A stretch of 64,000 bases of DNA, taken from Flectonema sp. DT1601. Lineage: Eukaryota. The stretch spans positions 620,001 to 684,000 of the forward strand of contig OZ025791.1 in assembly GCA_964019425.1 (NCBI GenBank), read 5' to 3'. Positions 1 to 13,332 of this stretch are shown here, piece after piece; positions within the stretch are counted from its first letter, which is position 1, and every line of letters starts with the position of its first letter. A program made the translations under genes and the position numbers. The notes under the pieces are model-generated. The model saw nothing but the letters and a program-made list of their open reading frames with translations. It had not been told where the DNA came from and did not search any database.

Positions 1-123
1 CAAAACTCTCCCGCCCCGTTTCACCCTACAGCACACGGAAAACGATTCTACTGCGACGACAGCGTAGGACGGTGTGGAAGCTAATTACACGAGAAGGGTA
101 TGTTTCAGTTCCCTGTGTTGACA

Positions 124-206
124 TCAGTGCGAGGAACAACGAGAGGGTCTTAAGCTCCGTTAAATGCTTCTCGCTAATAAACACGGACCAGGGTTATGAT
201 CATCAT
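124..206 (-). ncRNA. Putative box C/D snoRNA, U18/snR18-like (one per C module, 9 copies in window)
   Basis: Minus strand reads ATGATGA (C box), 9 nt, TGGTCCGTGTTT, ATTA (degenerate D'), ..., CCCTCTCGTTGTTCCTCGCA, CTGA (D box); 83 nt. The first guide is antisense to the conserved LSU motif AAACACGGACCA, as in U18. The second resembles antisense to SSU CGAGGAACAAnnnGAGGG. Confidence 0.6.
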
Positions 207-266
207 TAATCAGGAAAGGTTGGCATCGAACAGAAGAAGTGATGTCTCTCAAGGGACAAAACAATA

Positions 267-335
267 AGATCTCGCCAAGCATCCGTGGCATGCAACTCAC
301 AGTAATTAGGGCTGCCACCCGGTGTTGCCGGCTGT
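267..335 (-). ncRNA. Putative single-hairpin H/ACA-like (AGA box) RNA, A2 half of module A
   Basis: Lower stem GCCGG/TTGGC, upper stem GTGGCA/TGCCAC, internal pocket, ending in AGA+3 nt; ~68 nt. No target identified. Confidence 0.4.
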
Positions 336-353
336 AATAAGGATTAATAACAA

Positions 354-425
354 AACTCTCCCGCCCCGTTTCACCCCACAGCACACGGAAAACGGTTTCT
401 GCTGCGACGACAGCGTAGGACGGTG
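354..425 (-). ncRNA. Putative single-hairpin H/ACA-like (AGA box) RNA, A1 half of module A
   Basis: Lower stem CCGTCCT/GGGGCGG, upper stem TCGCAGCA/TGCTGTGG, pocket GCTGTC + GGTGAA(AC), AGA box 15-16 nt below the pocket top. The G-U pairs favour the minus strand. Confidence 0.5.
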
Positions 426-1459
426 TGAATAATATTGGAACACGCACAAGTGTGCAGCTCTATGTTGTAGAAGGAAGAAGATCTCGCCAAGCATCCGTGG
501 CATGCAACTCACAGTAATTAGGGCTGCCACCCGGTGTTGCCGGCTGTAAGAAAGATTAATAACAAAACTCTCCCGCCCCGTTTCACCCCACAGCACACGG
601 AAAACGGTTTCTGCTGCGACGACAGCGTAGGACGGTGTGAATAATATTGGAACACGCACAAGTGTACAGCTCTATGTTGTAGAAGGAAGAAGATCTCGCC
701 AAGCATCCGTGGCAGGCAACTCACAGTAATTAGGGCTGCCACCCGGTGTTGCCGGCTGCAATAAGGATTATTAACAAACTCTCCCGCCCCGTTTCACCCC
801 ACAGCACACGGGAAACGATTCTACTGCGACGACAGCGTAGGACGGTGTGGAAGCTAATTACACGAGAAGGGTATGTTTCAGTTCCCTGTGTTGACATCAG
901 TGCGAGGAACAACGAGAGGGTCTTAAGCTCCGTTAAATGCTTCTCGCTAATAAACACGGACCAGGGTTATGATCATCATTAATCAGGAAAGGTTGGCATC
1001 GAACAGAAGAAGTGATGTCTCTCAAGGGACAAAACAATAAGATCTCGCCAAGCATCCGTGGCATGCAACTCACAGTAATTAGGGCTGCCACCCGGTGTTG
1101 CCGGCTGTAATAAGGATTAATAACAAAACTCTCCCGCCCCGTTTCACCCCACAGCACACGGAAAACGGTTTCTGCTGCGACGACAGCGTAGGACGGTGTG
1201 AATAATATTGGAACACGCACAAGTGTACAGCTCTATGTTGTAGAAGGAAGAAGATCTCGCCAAGCATCCGTGGCATGCAACTCACAGTAATTAGGGCTGC
1301 CACCCGGTGTTGCCGGCTGCAATAAGGATTATTAACAAACTCTCCCGCCCCGTTTCACCCCACAGCACACGGAAAACGGTTCTGCTGCGACGACAGCGTA
1401 GGACGGTGGGAATAATATTGACTGCTAGCTAAAAATTAGCAAACTCATGTGATACATAC

Positions 1460-2575
1460 CTTAGGATCGTAAATGTGAACAAATGCTCCCTCTTCAATTA
1501 AAGTAGCGCAGATACTAATAGCACAAGTTTCACGAGTATCACCTGTATCCTTTTTGAAAGCAAATCCCAGAATAGCAATCTTCTTGCCGGATACGGTGTC
1601 GAACATAGTTTGGATCATTTTTTGTGCGAATCTCCTCTTCTGGTACTCGTTGATGTCGATAACGGACTTCCAGTACTGAGCGACCTCTTCAAGACCAAGA
1701 CACTCAGATAGGTAAACAAGGTTTAAGATATCTTTTTGGAAACATGATCCACCAAAACCAACAGAGGCTTGCAAGAACTTTGGTCCAATACGAGTGTCTT
1801 TACCAACAGCACGTGCGACTTCAGAGACGTCAGCACCAGTTGCTTCACAAACAGCGCTGATAGCGTTAATTGAACTAATTCTCTGAGCTAAGAAAGCATT
1901 AGCAACTAATTTAGAAAGTTCTGAAGACCAGAGATTTGTTCTAATAATTTGTGAGTCAGGTACCCAACTTCTGTAGACTGATGCTAACTTCTCAACAGCT
2001 GCTTGTCCAGCCTCATCATCTCCTCCTCCAATGAGTACTCTGTCAGGATTATTCAAGTCCTTCATTGCTGTTCCTTCAGCTAAGAATTCAGGGTTTGAAA
2101 GAATTTGAAAGTTTGCTCCACTTTCTTCAGAACAGGCGCCTAGGATTGTTCTGATAGCGACACTGCATCGGACAGGAACGGTACTCTTTTCAACAATAAT
2201 TTTAGATCCTGTTTTGACAACTTCTGCGATACGTCTTGCGGCGGATTCGATGAATTTCAAATCAGCTGCTCTACCTTTTCCCATTCCATAAGTTTTAGTT
2301 GGAGTGTTGACGGATATAAAGATAATGTCTGCTTCCTGCAGATGCGGTAGCTCTTCAGTCGTAAAAAATAAATTCTTCCCCCGGGTTCTCTTAACAACTT
2401 CATCAAGACCTGGTTCGTATATTGGAAGCTTGTCTGAATTCCATTGATCGATTCTACTTTGGTTCAGATCGTAGACTGTTACTTTTATATTTGGACACTT
2501 GTCCGCAATAACAGCCATCGTTGGTCCTCCTACATACCCTGCTCCGATGCAGAGAATTTTAAGACCGTCACTCAT
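1460..2575 (-). CDS. UGDH: UDP-glucose 6-dehydrogenase, exon 1 (remainder beyond window start)
   Basis: [11 protein letters not shown]ossmann motif, [15 protein letters not shown] and [10 protein letters not shown] catalytic motif. Homology stops at YDPK, followed by a GTATGT donor. Confidence 0.95.
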
Positions 2576-2946
2576 GGTTGTATTTGTAGTGGTTTATTGC
2601 TTAGTAAAAAGAATTAAAGGTCATGATGTAGATGTCATTGTTTAAATTAAAAAAAGAAAGAAAACATCGGATACAGGGTGATTTGGTACCACACAAACAA
2701 TCACTGCCGTGAGGAGATACAATGGGGGAAATGAAATGTTAGAAACAAACGTAACAAATTAGTTCTTCGGATGAATTATTCGATTCGTTCAGAAAACAAC
2801 AAACAGAAGCGTTCAGCTCTAACAAGAAAGATAGTTTTGTGTATTGTGAGCGTTGCTGAGATAACTACTCTTACTAAGGACAGTATCTGGATAGCATCCT
2901 AGATGTGTTTTGGAAGGAATCTATTTTGTTAATATAAACATGTTTG

Positions 2947-5900
2947 TTATGAAATAGTGCAGCAACTACAGCATTTCTTTTCACCGGCTGTACTAGACTT
3001 TACTGAAGAGCGGTGTGAATTACTGTCAGAAATATCTAAGCGATTAGCGCTGTCAGCAGCAGTATCAACACCAGCAACATCAGGTGGTATGTCAACAATT
3101 GACTTCGTAGATCCTTGTGGTTTAGGCTCTGTGGGTCTCACTCCAAGAGCTTGAGCTGCAGGAACAGAAGCTTGAACCTTTGCTGCTGGTTCAGCTGAGT
3201 TTGCTAATGGAGGAGGCGGAAGTGAATCAACAGGTAGTGTCATGCTTCTACTCTGACGAAGACTTTTCGAACCATACGACAATCCACTTAAATCACCACT
3301 ACTCGCATGAGATAATCCAGGAGATGATGGTGATGTCTTACAACCATAAGATATACGATTAGAAGAAATAGGAGACGTTACAACCGGTTTTACAACACTT
3401 GTTTTTGTATTTCTCGAGGGGACAGGTGATCCCACCTGACCATTACCAGATTCAGTTTTCGGAAAATATTCCACTGCTGGGGGTGAAGGCGGAGGAAGCG
3501 CTGCACTCCCTGTGTATGATATAGGAATTAAATCATTACTCTCTTGTTCTTTTTCCACGACGGGTAAGTCCGGTGGCGGAGTCATTATCCTGCTTCGGGG
3601 ACTCAACCGCGGACTTCCTAATACAGGATCGGCTGTTGAAAGAAGCATCGGACTTATCTGTTTGTGTTATTTATATTTAATTATTGCTTTCTATTTTACA
3701 CAATCTTGTAATCTAACAAACCTTCGAGACAACACCGTTAAATTGATAATCTTTCACTGCAATGGGTGTGTCGTTTATTTGAATAACTTTACTTTTGTCA
3801 TCGAAATTCTGTTTTTAGTTATTGTTTTCCGTAGTTATATTCATTGACACATTCCACGTTCTTTATTGAGCTGTCACAAGTGGAGTGGGCCGGGGGTAAT
3901 TTGATACTGCATTCTTAAGTCGGGGAGTGAAACTTTGACAATGTAAAAACAGTAACAACCTTAGGTATAACAACCTGCAATAACAAACAGAAGATCACTT
4001 GTAACTTTCTTACGCACAGAAGCGTGGAAGCTAATTACACGAGAAGGGTATGTTTCAGTTCCCTGTGTTGACATCAGTGCGAGGAACAACGAGAGGGTCT
4101 TAAGCTCCGTTAAATGCTTCTCGCTAATAAACACGGACCAGGGTTATGATCATCATTAATCAGGAAAGGTTGGCATCGAACAGAAGAAGTGATGTCTCTC
4201 AAGGGACAAAACAATAAGATCTCGCCAAGCATCCGTGGCATGCAACTCACAGTAATTAGGGCTGCCACCCGGTGTTGCCGGCTGTAATAAGGATTAATAA
4301 CAAAACTCTCCCGCCCCGTTTCACCCCACAGCACACGGAAAACGATTCTGCTGCGACGACAGCGTAGGACGGTGTGAATAATATTGGAACACGCGCAAGT
4401 GTACAGCTCCAGGTTGTGGAGGGAAGAAGATCTCGCCAAGCATCCGTGGCAGGCAACTCACAGTAATTAGGGCTGCCACCCGGTGTTGCCGGCTGTAATA
4501 AGGATTAAAAACAAAACTCTCCCGCCCCGTTTCACCCCACAGCACACGGAAAACGGTTCTGCTGCGACGACAGCGTAGGACGGTGTGGAAGTTAATTACA
4601 CGAGAAGGGTATGTTTCAGTTCCCTGTGTTGACATCAGTGCGAGGAACAACGAGAGGGTCTTAAGCTCCGTTAAATGCTTCTCGCTAATAAACACGGACC
4701 AGGGTTATGATCATCATTAATCAGGAAAGGTTGGAATCGAACAGAGGAAGTGATGTCTCTCAAGGGACAAAACAATAAGATCTCGCCAAGCATCCGTGGC
4801 ATGCAACTCACAGTAATTAGGGCTGCCACCCGGTGTTGCCGGCTGTAATAAGGATTAATAACAAAACTCTCCCGCCCCGTTTCACCCCACAGCACACGGA
4901 AAACGGTTCTGCTGCGACGACAGCGTAGGACGGTGTGAATAATATTGGAACACGTACAAGTGTACAGCTCTATGTTGTAGAAGGAAGAAGATCTCGCCAA
5001 GCATCCGTGGCAGGCAACTCACAGTAATTAGGGCTGCCACCCGGTGTTGCCGGCTGTAATAAGGATTAATAACAAAACTCTCCCGCCCCGTTTCACCCCA
5101 CAGCACACGGAAAACGATTTCTGCTGCGACGACAGCGTAGGACGGTGTGAATAATATTGGAACACGCGCAAGTGTACAGCTCCAGGGAAGAAGATCTCGC
5201 CAAGCATCCGTGGCAGGCAACTCACAGTAATTAGGGCTGCCACCCGGTGTTGCCGGCTGTGATAAAGATTAAAAACAAAACTCTCCCGCCCCGTTTCACC
5301 CCACAGCACACGGAAAACGATTTCTGCTGCGACGACAGCGTAGGACAGTGTGGAAGTTAATTACACGAGAAGGGTATGTTTCAGTTCCCTGTGTTGACAT
5401 CAGTGCGAGGAACAACGAGAGGGTCTTAAGCTCCGTTAAATGCTTCTCGCTAATAAACACGGACCAGGGTTATGATCATCATTAATCAGGAAAGGTTGGC
5501 ATCGAACAGAAGAAGTGATGTCTCTCAAGGGACAAAACAATAAGATCTCGCCAAGCATCCGTGGCATGCAACTCACAGTAATTAGGGCTGCCACCCGGTG
5601 TTGCCGGCTGTAATAAGGATTAATAACAAAACTCTCCCGCCCCGTTTCACCCCACAGCACACGGAAAACGGTTCTGCTGCGACGACAGCGTAGGACGGTG
5701 TGAATAATATTGGAACACGTACAAGTGTACAGCTCTATGTTGTAGAAGGAAGAAGATCTCGCCAAGCATCCGTGGCATGCAACTCACAGTAATTAGGGCT
5801 GCCACCCGGTGTTGCCGGCTGTAATAAGGATTAATAACAAAACTCTCCCGCCCCGTTTCACCCCACAGCACACGGAAAACGATTCTGCTGCGACGACAGC

Positions 5901-7857
5901 GTAGGACGGTGGGAAGTTAAATATATTAAAAACAACTTAAGTAGTAAAACAAAACCTTTAATGGGGTGAAATATTATTAAATACATACCACTGACTTGAC
6001 TGGACTAGCAGCTCGTTCTACAAACATTAGAGTGTATTCCTTTTTGTTGTTTTTATCTGCGAAGGTTAGATTCGGAGAAATTCTTACTGGAGACATCTGT
6101 GAAGATGTTGGAGAGATACTGCAGGCTACCATATCACCCTCGTTAGGAGATCCATAAGGAAGTCTATCTGTGTTGTAGCGATTCGCAGGTGAAGCAGAGA
6201 TGCTCTTATTTCCAGGGAGTCTCGTTGGATAACCTTTCTGAACGAGTTGTGGAATTGGATAACTATGTCTAGAAGTAGGAGGGCTTTTGTTACGAAGACT
6301 ACCTGTGGGTGCTTTCCTCGTTAGTCCATTACCTGGTGTTTGTGGTGGACTTCTAAGTGAATTTCGTGGTGATGAGATCGGTGATTTCACAACCTGATGC
6401 GGTGGTGACTTAACGGCAAACCCATACGGTTCTCCCCTGTATTCCCCTTTTGGATATTTATTCATTCCATTTGGTACTCTACCGGGACTCGAGCTTGGTG
6501 ACTTACTGTAAGAAAGAGACCCAGCCGTCTGTTGGATGTGTCGTATCATTTGGAGGTCTTTTATATTTTGTTCATACTCAAGACGGTCAGCATCCTCATC
6601 GATAACAACAACAGTTTCGATATTTAAAGGGATTGATGCAGATCGTTGTAATCGAACAGGTTCATGAGGTGATAGACCGTTACCATGATATTGAACAGGA
6701 TCCCAAATGTCAGCAACGACTTCAGCATTCTCAAAGTTATGCTGAAGGGTGTCTCTCAGACCTGACTCAGTACCGCTAACATTATTTGGCAATCTTAATT
6801 TCTTTCGTCTACTAATAATGGGTGCATCTTGAGCATGAAAAGTAGGAGTTACTGGTGAAGGAGGTTGAAGAGGTTTGCCATATTGAATTGATGTATCAAG
6901 TTCTTCTCCACTGTTCGTGTAATATCCACGTGCAGGTGACCTTGAAGTACTTCTGTTTACTAAACTACTAGCTCTAGTTCTTCCTATACTTGATGAGTAG
7001 TTAAGGTCTTTTGTAATTGATTTTATTCTGGTAGGCGATCTATGAGGACTGATACTGACCCCACTTCTAGAAGTCATCGTGTGATGAGGAGATCCAACAA
7101 CCTCATGAGGATTAAATGTCGGTAATTGTAGTGTTTGACGACGAGGTGCGGCAATTTTCAACGGCAAGCTTTGCTCTGCTCTATTGCCAACTTCAGTTCT
7201 ATGATGGGTTTCACTGGATCGGCCAACTTCCTTTCTATAATGAGTTTCATTGTATTGGTTAATTAACTGACTAAATGGTCTGTCATCGTAATGATTAGAA
7301 GTTGGGGAGCTTCGATCATTTGTTTCGATGAAATCGAATTTATGACTTGAAGTTTGAGGCAAAGCAGTTCCATTCTCACCAAGTAACCAACCAACCTTTG
7401 GTGTTATAGGTGCGTGATGAGTTGTATTGTTATATTGAATGTGACTATATTGAGATTCATCATCAATCTGGTCTCCTAACAACATCTCTGCAACTTCAGT
7501 TTGACGAGGTGGCGATTGAGGTTTTACTGATTGTTTTATTTTTGTATTGGCATTTACAGTCTCTGGGTCAATTTTCAGTAAAGCTGCTGCGACTTCTTTT
7601 CTTGTTGTTGTTTCATCTGACTCACAGTCATCGTCGTACTGTCTTACAACGCCGTAATCGTAATTATCAAATTGTTTTACGTGAGAATTCCCTCCCTTTC
7701 CCATACTTAATAATCCTATAGTTGTTGTTCCGTCAACCTGCTTTGATTCACTATTTGATACTGGTGATTGAGATCGCAAGTAACTTGACCGTTGAATTGC
7801 TTCACCCTCTCCCTCATCCATCATGTCCGTGAGTGACCTTTCCTTTCTGGCCATCAT
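2947..7857 (-). CDS. Ser/Pro-rich low-complexity protein, ~859 aa, 2 exons (7857-5989, 3657-2947), with C-terminal CCSCCTIS lipidation-like motif
   Basis: Donor GTG|GTATGT at 5988 and acceptor AAACAG|ATAAGT at 3658 join the 626 aa and 233 aa ORFs in frame (SPVKSV-ISPMLL). Confidence 0.75.
4024..5920 (-). repeat. Modular tandem array 2 (7 A, 3 C, 4 B) in intron 3658-5988; putative snoRNA cluster
   Basis: Modules are near-identical to array 1. Confidence 0.9.
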
Positions 7858-8260
7858 CCTACTACATGTCTATTATATTTATAAGGGAAAAAATAGTAAT
7901 AATTTCAGATTGCGACAGAAGGATAACTTTTTTAAGAATGAAAAAAAAAACACGGAAGAGAGGTTCAGCGAATGTCCATAAAAGGATACTCGCTGGGTAG
8001 TATTCTCTCTTCTCCCCAAAAGAAAAGGAAAAATTAAAAATAAACAACAGGAAAACAATAACCAAACCCCATCAACGTCAGCAGCTCAAGGTGTACCGAA
8101 GCGATGGCAATTGCGTTATCAGTAAAAGTAAAAAGGGGGATGTACATTTAAGATAAAAAAGTTTTTCTTCACAACCATTCTGAGAATGGCAGCAAAAACA
8201 AGGAGAGAATATAGAGGGGGGAATAGGGAATGTGATTTTTTTTTAGAATTTATTTCAGTT

Positions 8261-10092
<1,832 letters not shown>

Positions 10093-10643
10093 TTATTCTT
10101 TGAACTCTTCTTCAGACTGGCCAGCTAATCTCCAACATGTAAGTAAAGGAAACACCTGACAATGGAAACTATAAATTATCACACATCCTATCTGACTAAA
10201 CGAAGCACACATCAGAACTAATTTTGCTGAGCGAACGTCGGCTCGGAAGACTAAACTCTTTTCGCTTATTTTATTTTTTCATTTTCCTTCTTTTTTTTAA
10301 ATTTTTCATTGTTTGTGTTTTGTTTTGTTTTTTTTTTCTCATGTACCGGACTTTAAAAGAAATACATCAAAACGTAACGAGATCAGCAGTCCGGTCGTTT
10401 TTAACTAAAGTTGGCAACCACTACAAGATTGCTACTGTGTTGGGTACTAAAACATGACTACAGCTTGTAGTTTCAAGTAGACCACTAGCAGGCAAGGCAA
10501 GTCTGACAGCTCAATAGATAGGACGATACATTCGTCTCTTTTGTTATTTTTTTTTTTTTTTAATTTTTTTTTATCTTTTCCACTATATCATATCCTTTGG
10601 ATGAGGGCTATCAAGATGTTAATATCTCACAAGGTGAGGAAGA

Positions 10644-12053
10644 TTAACGAACACATTTAATCCATCGAATGCTGACCCCTGACAGCGTAAAGAAGATCGC
10701 AGCTAGTGAGAATACGACTGCGAATCCAGCGCTCGAATACGATGTTACACCGCCAACGTCAGTCGAGTATATGTCTAGCACAGCTCCGTACAATACTTGA
10801 CCCATAACAGATCCAAGCGATGCAGACATACTAAAGATCCCCAAGTCTTTTGCTGCATCAACCGGCGCTGTTCCTTCTTCAGTTTCTACCTTTGGCAGTG
10901 AAGCAACACCAACAGCATAATCAACAGATAAGTAAGCGATGTTGCCGACACCATAATAAATTCCTAACAGTAGCAAAGTCTCCATTGACGTTAGTACCAA
11001 GAATAGTAAGATAGCTGTCACACATATTGCAATACCAGTATAAATAACAGGTTTCTTACCAACCCGATCAGACAGAAGTCCTGCGGGTAATGCTGCCATA
11101 GTACAACCAACTAGTGACATTACAGCGACCATGGAAACCATTTTAGTTGGGTCAGGAGACTTTAAGACATCTCTGAAGTAATAAGCCATGTAAACCTGTG
11201 CAGCTAGTCCACTATTGAATAGCAGTCTTCCAAAACATGCAAATGAAAAGTCAGGATATCGGGATGGCGATGGCAATGATACAGCTGACAATACCAAATT
11301 TGAAAACTTAGTACTCGCGACATCGTGGTTATTCCCAGCTGGTGTATTTGATCGAAGCTGTTCAGCAGCATGGCTGAGCATAGCATCCAAATTCGACGGT
11401 ATAAACAACAATGAAATTCCCAAACAAACTAAGCAGGATATAATATAACACGTGTATGTATATTCCAACGGTAGACCAGCAGCAAACATACTGTAACCAC
11501 ATCCGGATCCTATCGTGCCCAGAATTGCGAGAGCGCCAGACCCTGCACCAACTTGCTCTGGTAAAATGCAATCGTTTAATAAGACGCAAAGCATGCTGTA
11601 TATTATAGCTAGGCCTACCATTGTTACGAGGTTTGACATGAATAGCATTGCCATGGAATTTGTAAACCTAACGAATATGAATCCGAAAATTCCAATTATT
11701 GCTAACAGAGTTCCATAAACTAAAATTGAAACTCTTTTATTAGTTCGATCACTCCAAGCTCCTATGACTGGAGACGCTAATTGAGACACGGCACCGCCTC
11801 CCATTATTAACGAGACCCAGACACTTTGTTTTTGTGGTGATAAACGTTGAACTTCTACGGGAATCACCAATATTAAGATTGAATTATATATAAATCCGTA
11901 TGACAATGACAAAGCGAATAATCCAAGCATCTCTCCCAGTGTATGTCGCCTCTGGGTTTTCTTTGTTGAACCATCAGTTTGAAGCCCACTGCTCGCTAAT
12001 ATAACTTCCTGTGCATTATCATCATGAACTGAGGTCATATTGTAGGTTGCCAC
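10644..12053 (-). CDS. Major facilitator superfamily transporter
   Basis: ~12 hydrophobic segments; motif A copies GAWSDRTNKR and GLLSDRVGKK. Confidence 0.85.
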   Translation of the reverse strand: MATYNMTSVHDDNAQEVILASSGLQTDGSTKKTQRRHTLGEMLGLFALSLSYGFIYNSILILVIPVEVQRLSPQKQSVWVSLIMGGGAVSQLASPVIGAWSDRTNKRVSILVYGTLLAIIGIFGFIFVRFTNSMAMLFMSNLVTMVGLAIIYSMLCVLLNDCILPEQVGAGSGALAILGTIGSGCGYSMFAAGLPLEYTYTCYIISCLVCLGISLLFIPSNLDAMLSHAAEQLRSNTPAGNNHDVASTKFSNLVLSAVSLPSPSRYPDFSFACFGRLLFNSGLAAQVYMAYYFRDVLKSPDPTKMVSMVAVMSLVGCTMAALPAGLLSDRVGKKPVIYTGIAICVTAILLFLVLTSMETLLLLGIYYGVGNIAYLSVDYAVGVASLPKVETEEGTAPVDAAKDLGIFSMSASLGSVMGQVLYGAVLDIYSTDVGGVTSYSSAGFAVVFSLAAIFFTLSGVSIRWIKCVR

Positions 12054-12302
12054 CCCCCAATGTGGATGAATGTACCCGTACCCATTACTTGTTGGGGGAA
12101 AAAATTATTAACTCATCTTCACAAACAATTATAATACTCGTAAAGGGTAATCACAATAAAGAAGAGAGCGTCGCCGTTGTCATTCGGTACTGGAAAGAAC
12201 AGAATAACCTCGGAGAGGACGGAACGTACATTTTTGAAAAAATAAATAAAAAAACAAAAAAATAATATTTATAAAAACTAAAAACCAGATTATCGGAAGC
12301 TG

Positions 12303-13183
12303 CTATTCCGAAACAAAATTATCCTTCGCAGTGTTTTTACTGACGTTGAAGAAACTTCTCTCAATGTCAGGTGCAGTTTTTGCAGCACGGAATCTGAGAT
12401 GCCAAGACTTACGTGTTTTACGATCTTTCGGTTTATCATGAACTAAGTGATTAGGATGCTTTGAATTAATAAGAACACTCGCAGCCTGATTAGCTGCCAG
12501 CATAGGACGAAGCGCTTCATAATCGTTGATCGCATCATTCAAGTCAAGAGCGACACAAGCAGTAGCAACAGATACAAAACCACTAATGACTGCAAACGCT
12601 ACCTTCGCCTGAGCTTCTGAAAGTCTTGCTGAGCAACCAGAAGAATACCCAGCATCAGTCACCACTGGTGAACATAACTTTAATTGAGTTTGTTCCTTAT
12701 CAATTCCAATGTAGAGGTAGAGAGTTGCGGAGTTCAAAACCCACATTTGACAAATAAAAAATAGTCTCACTGTGAACTCACTCGTTGTCACTGCAGCATA
12801 CACTCCTAGTATGCCTGATAGAAATCCGATGATGCCGCAGAATATATTTGTGAATACGAATTCACCAGATGAATCATTGCGTGTATCCAACCCAGCGAAT
12901 ACAAATAACACACAACACATAACAACCTGAGTGACTGATAGTATTCCTTGCGTGTGTGTTAATCGTTTTATCCTTGCGTCTGGTCCTTCAGAGTCGTTCC
13001 ATATTTCTAAAAACTTTGCAGTCAGAGCAGCTTGTTCTTTATTACCTTCTTCATAGATGGGTTCCTCAGCGATATTTGATGTTTCCTCACTTACGGCTTC
13101 GAATGCTCTTGGACTTGCAGGTTCGCTATCACTTTCATATTGTGTGATGTCGTATCTTTGAACACCTTGTCTTTCCCAAGGCA
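12303..13183 (-). CDS. Hypothetical 4-TM membrane protein (probable start MPWERQ)
   Basis: Long ORF with four hydrophobic helices. The ORF-track N-terminus upstream of 13201 looks intronic (ends AAACAG). Confidence 0.65.
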
Positions 13184-13332
13184 TGAGTTTGGGTAGATCC
13201 CTGTTTATAAAAATGATATAATTTTTATAATTAAAACAAACAAACAAATAGACTCATTCACATCTGTAAAGCAGTGATGAACCCCTTAGTTAGATTTTAG
13301 TGTAAATGACCTGAACATTACTACTGAGCACT

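Larger units (their letters stand above)
1..1420 (-). repeat. Modular tandem array 1 (constant ~158 bp module A alternating with ~54 bp B or ~192 bp C), inside UGDH intron; putative snoRNA cluster; runs off window start
   Basis: Six A copies (first partial), two C and three full B are visible. It lies downstream (minus strand) of the UGDH donor AAG|GTATGT at 1459. Confidence 0.9.

Noticed and set aside
75..135. Hammerhead ribozyme in module C (CTGATG...GAAAC on minus strand)
   Set aside because: The core reads CTGATGT rather than CTGATGA, and no stem II pairing forms before GAAA.
267..425. Spliced-leader RNA or 5S rRNA tandem repeat
   Set aside because: No euglenozoan SL exon-like sequence (…TTTCTGTACTTTATTG|GT) and no 5S motifs are recognisable.
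160..1303. Short ORFs in the repeat arrays (also 4110-5871 and 25799-27992)
   Set aside because: Frames shift between copies through indels, starts are mostly non-ATG, and they lie in introns.
1..5920. CRISPR-like array (constant repeat with alternating spacers)
   Set aside because: The repeat is ~158 bp, there are only two recurring spacer types, no cas genes are present, and the context is a eukaryotic intron.
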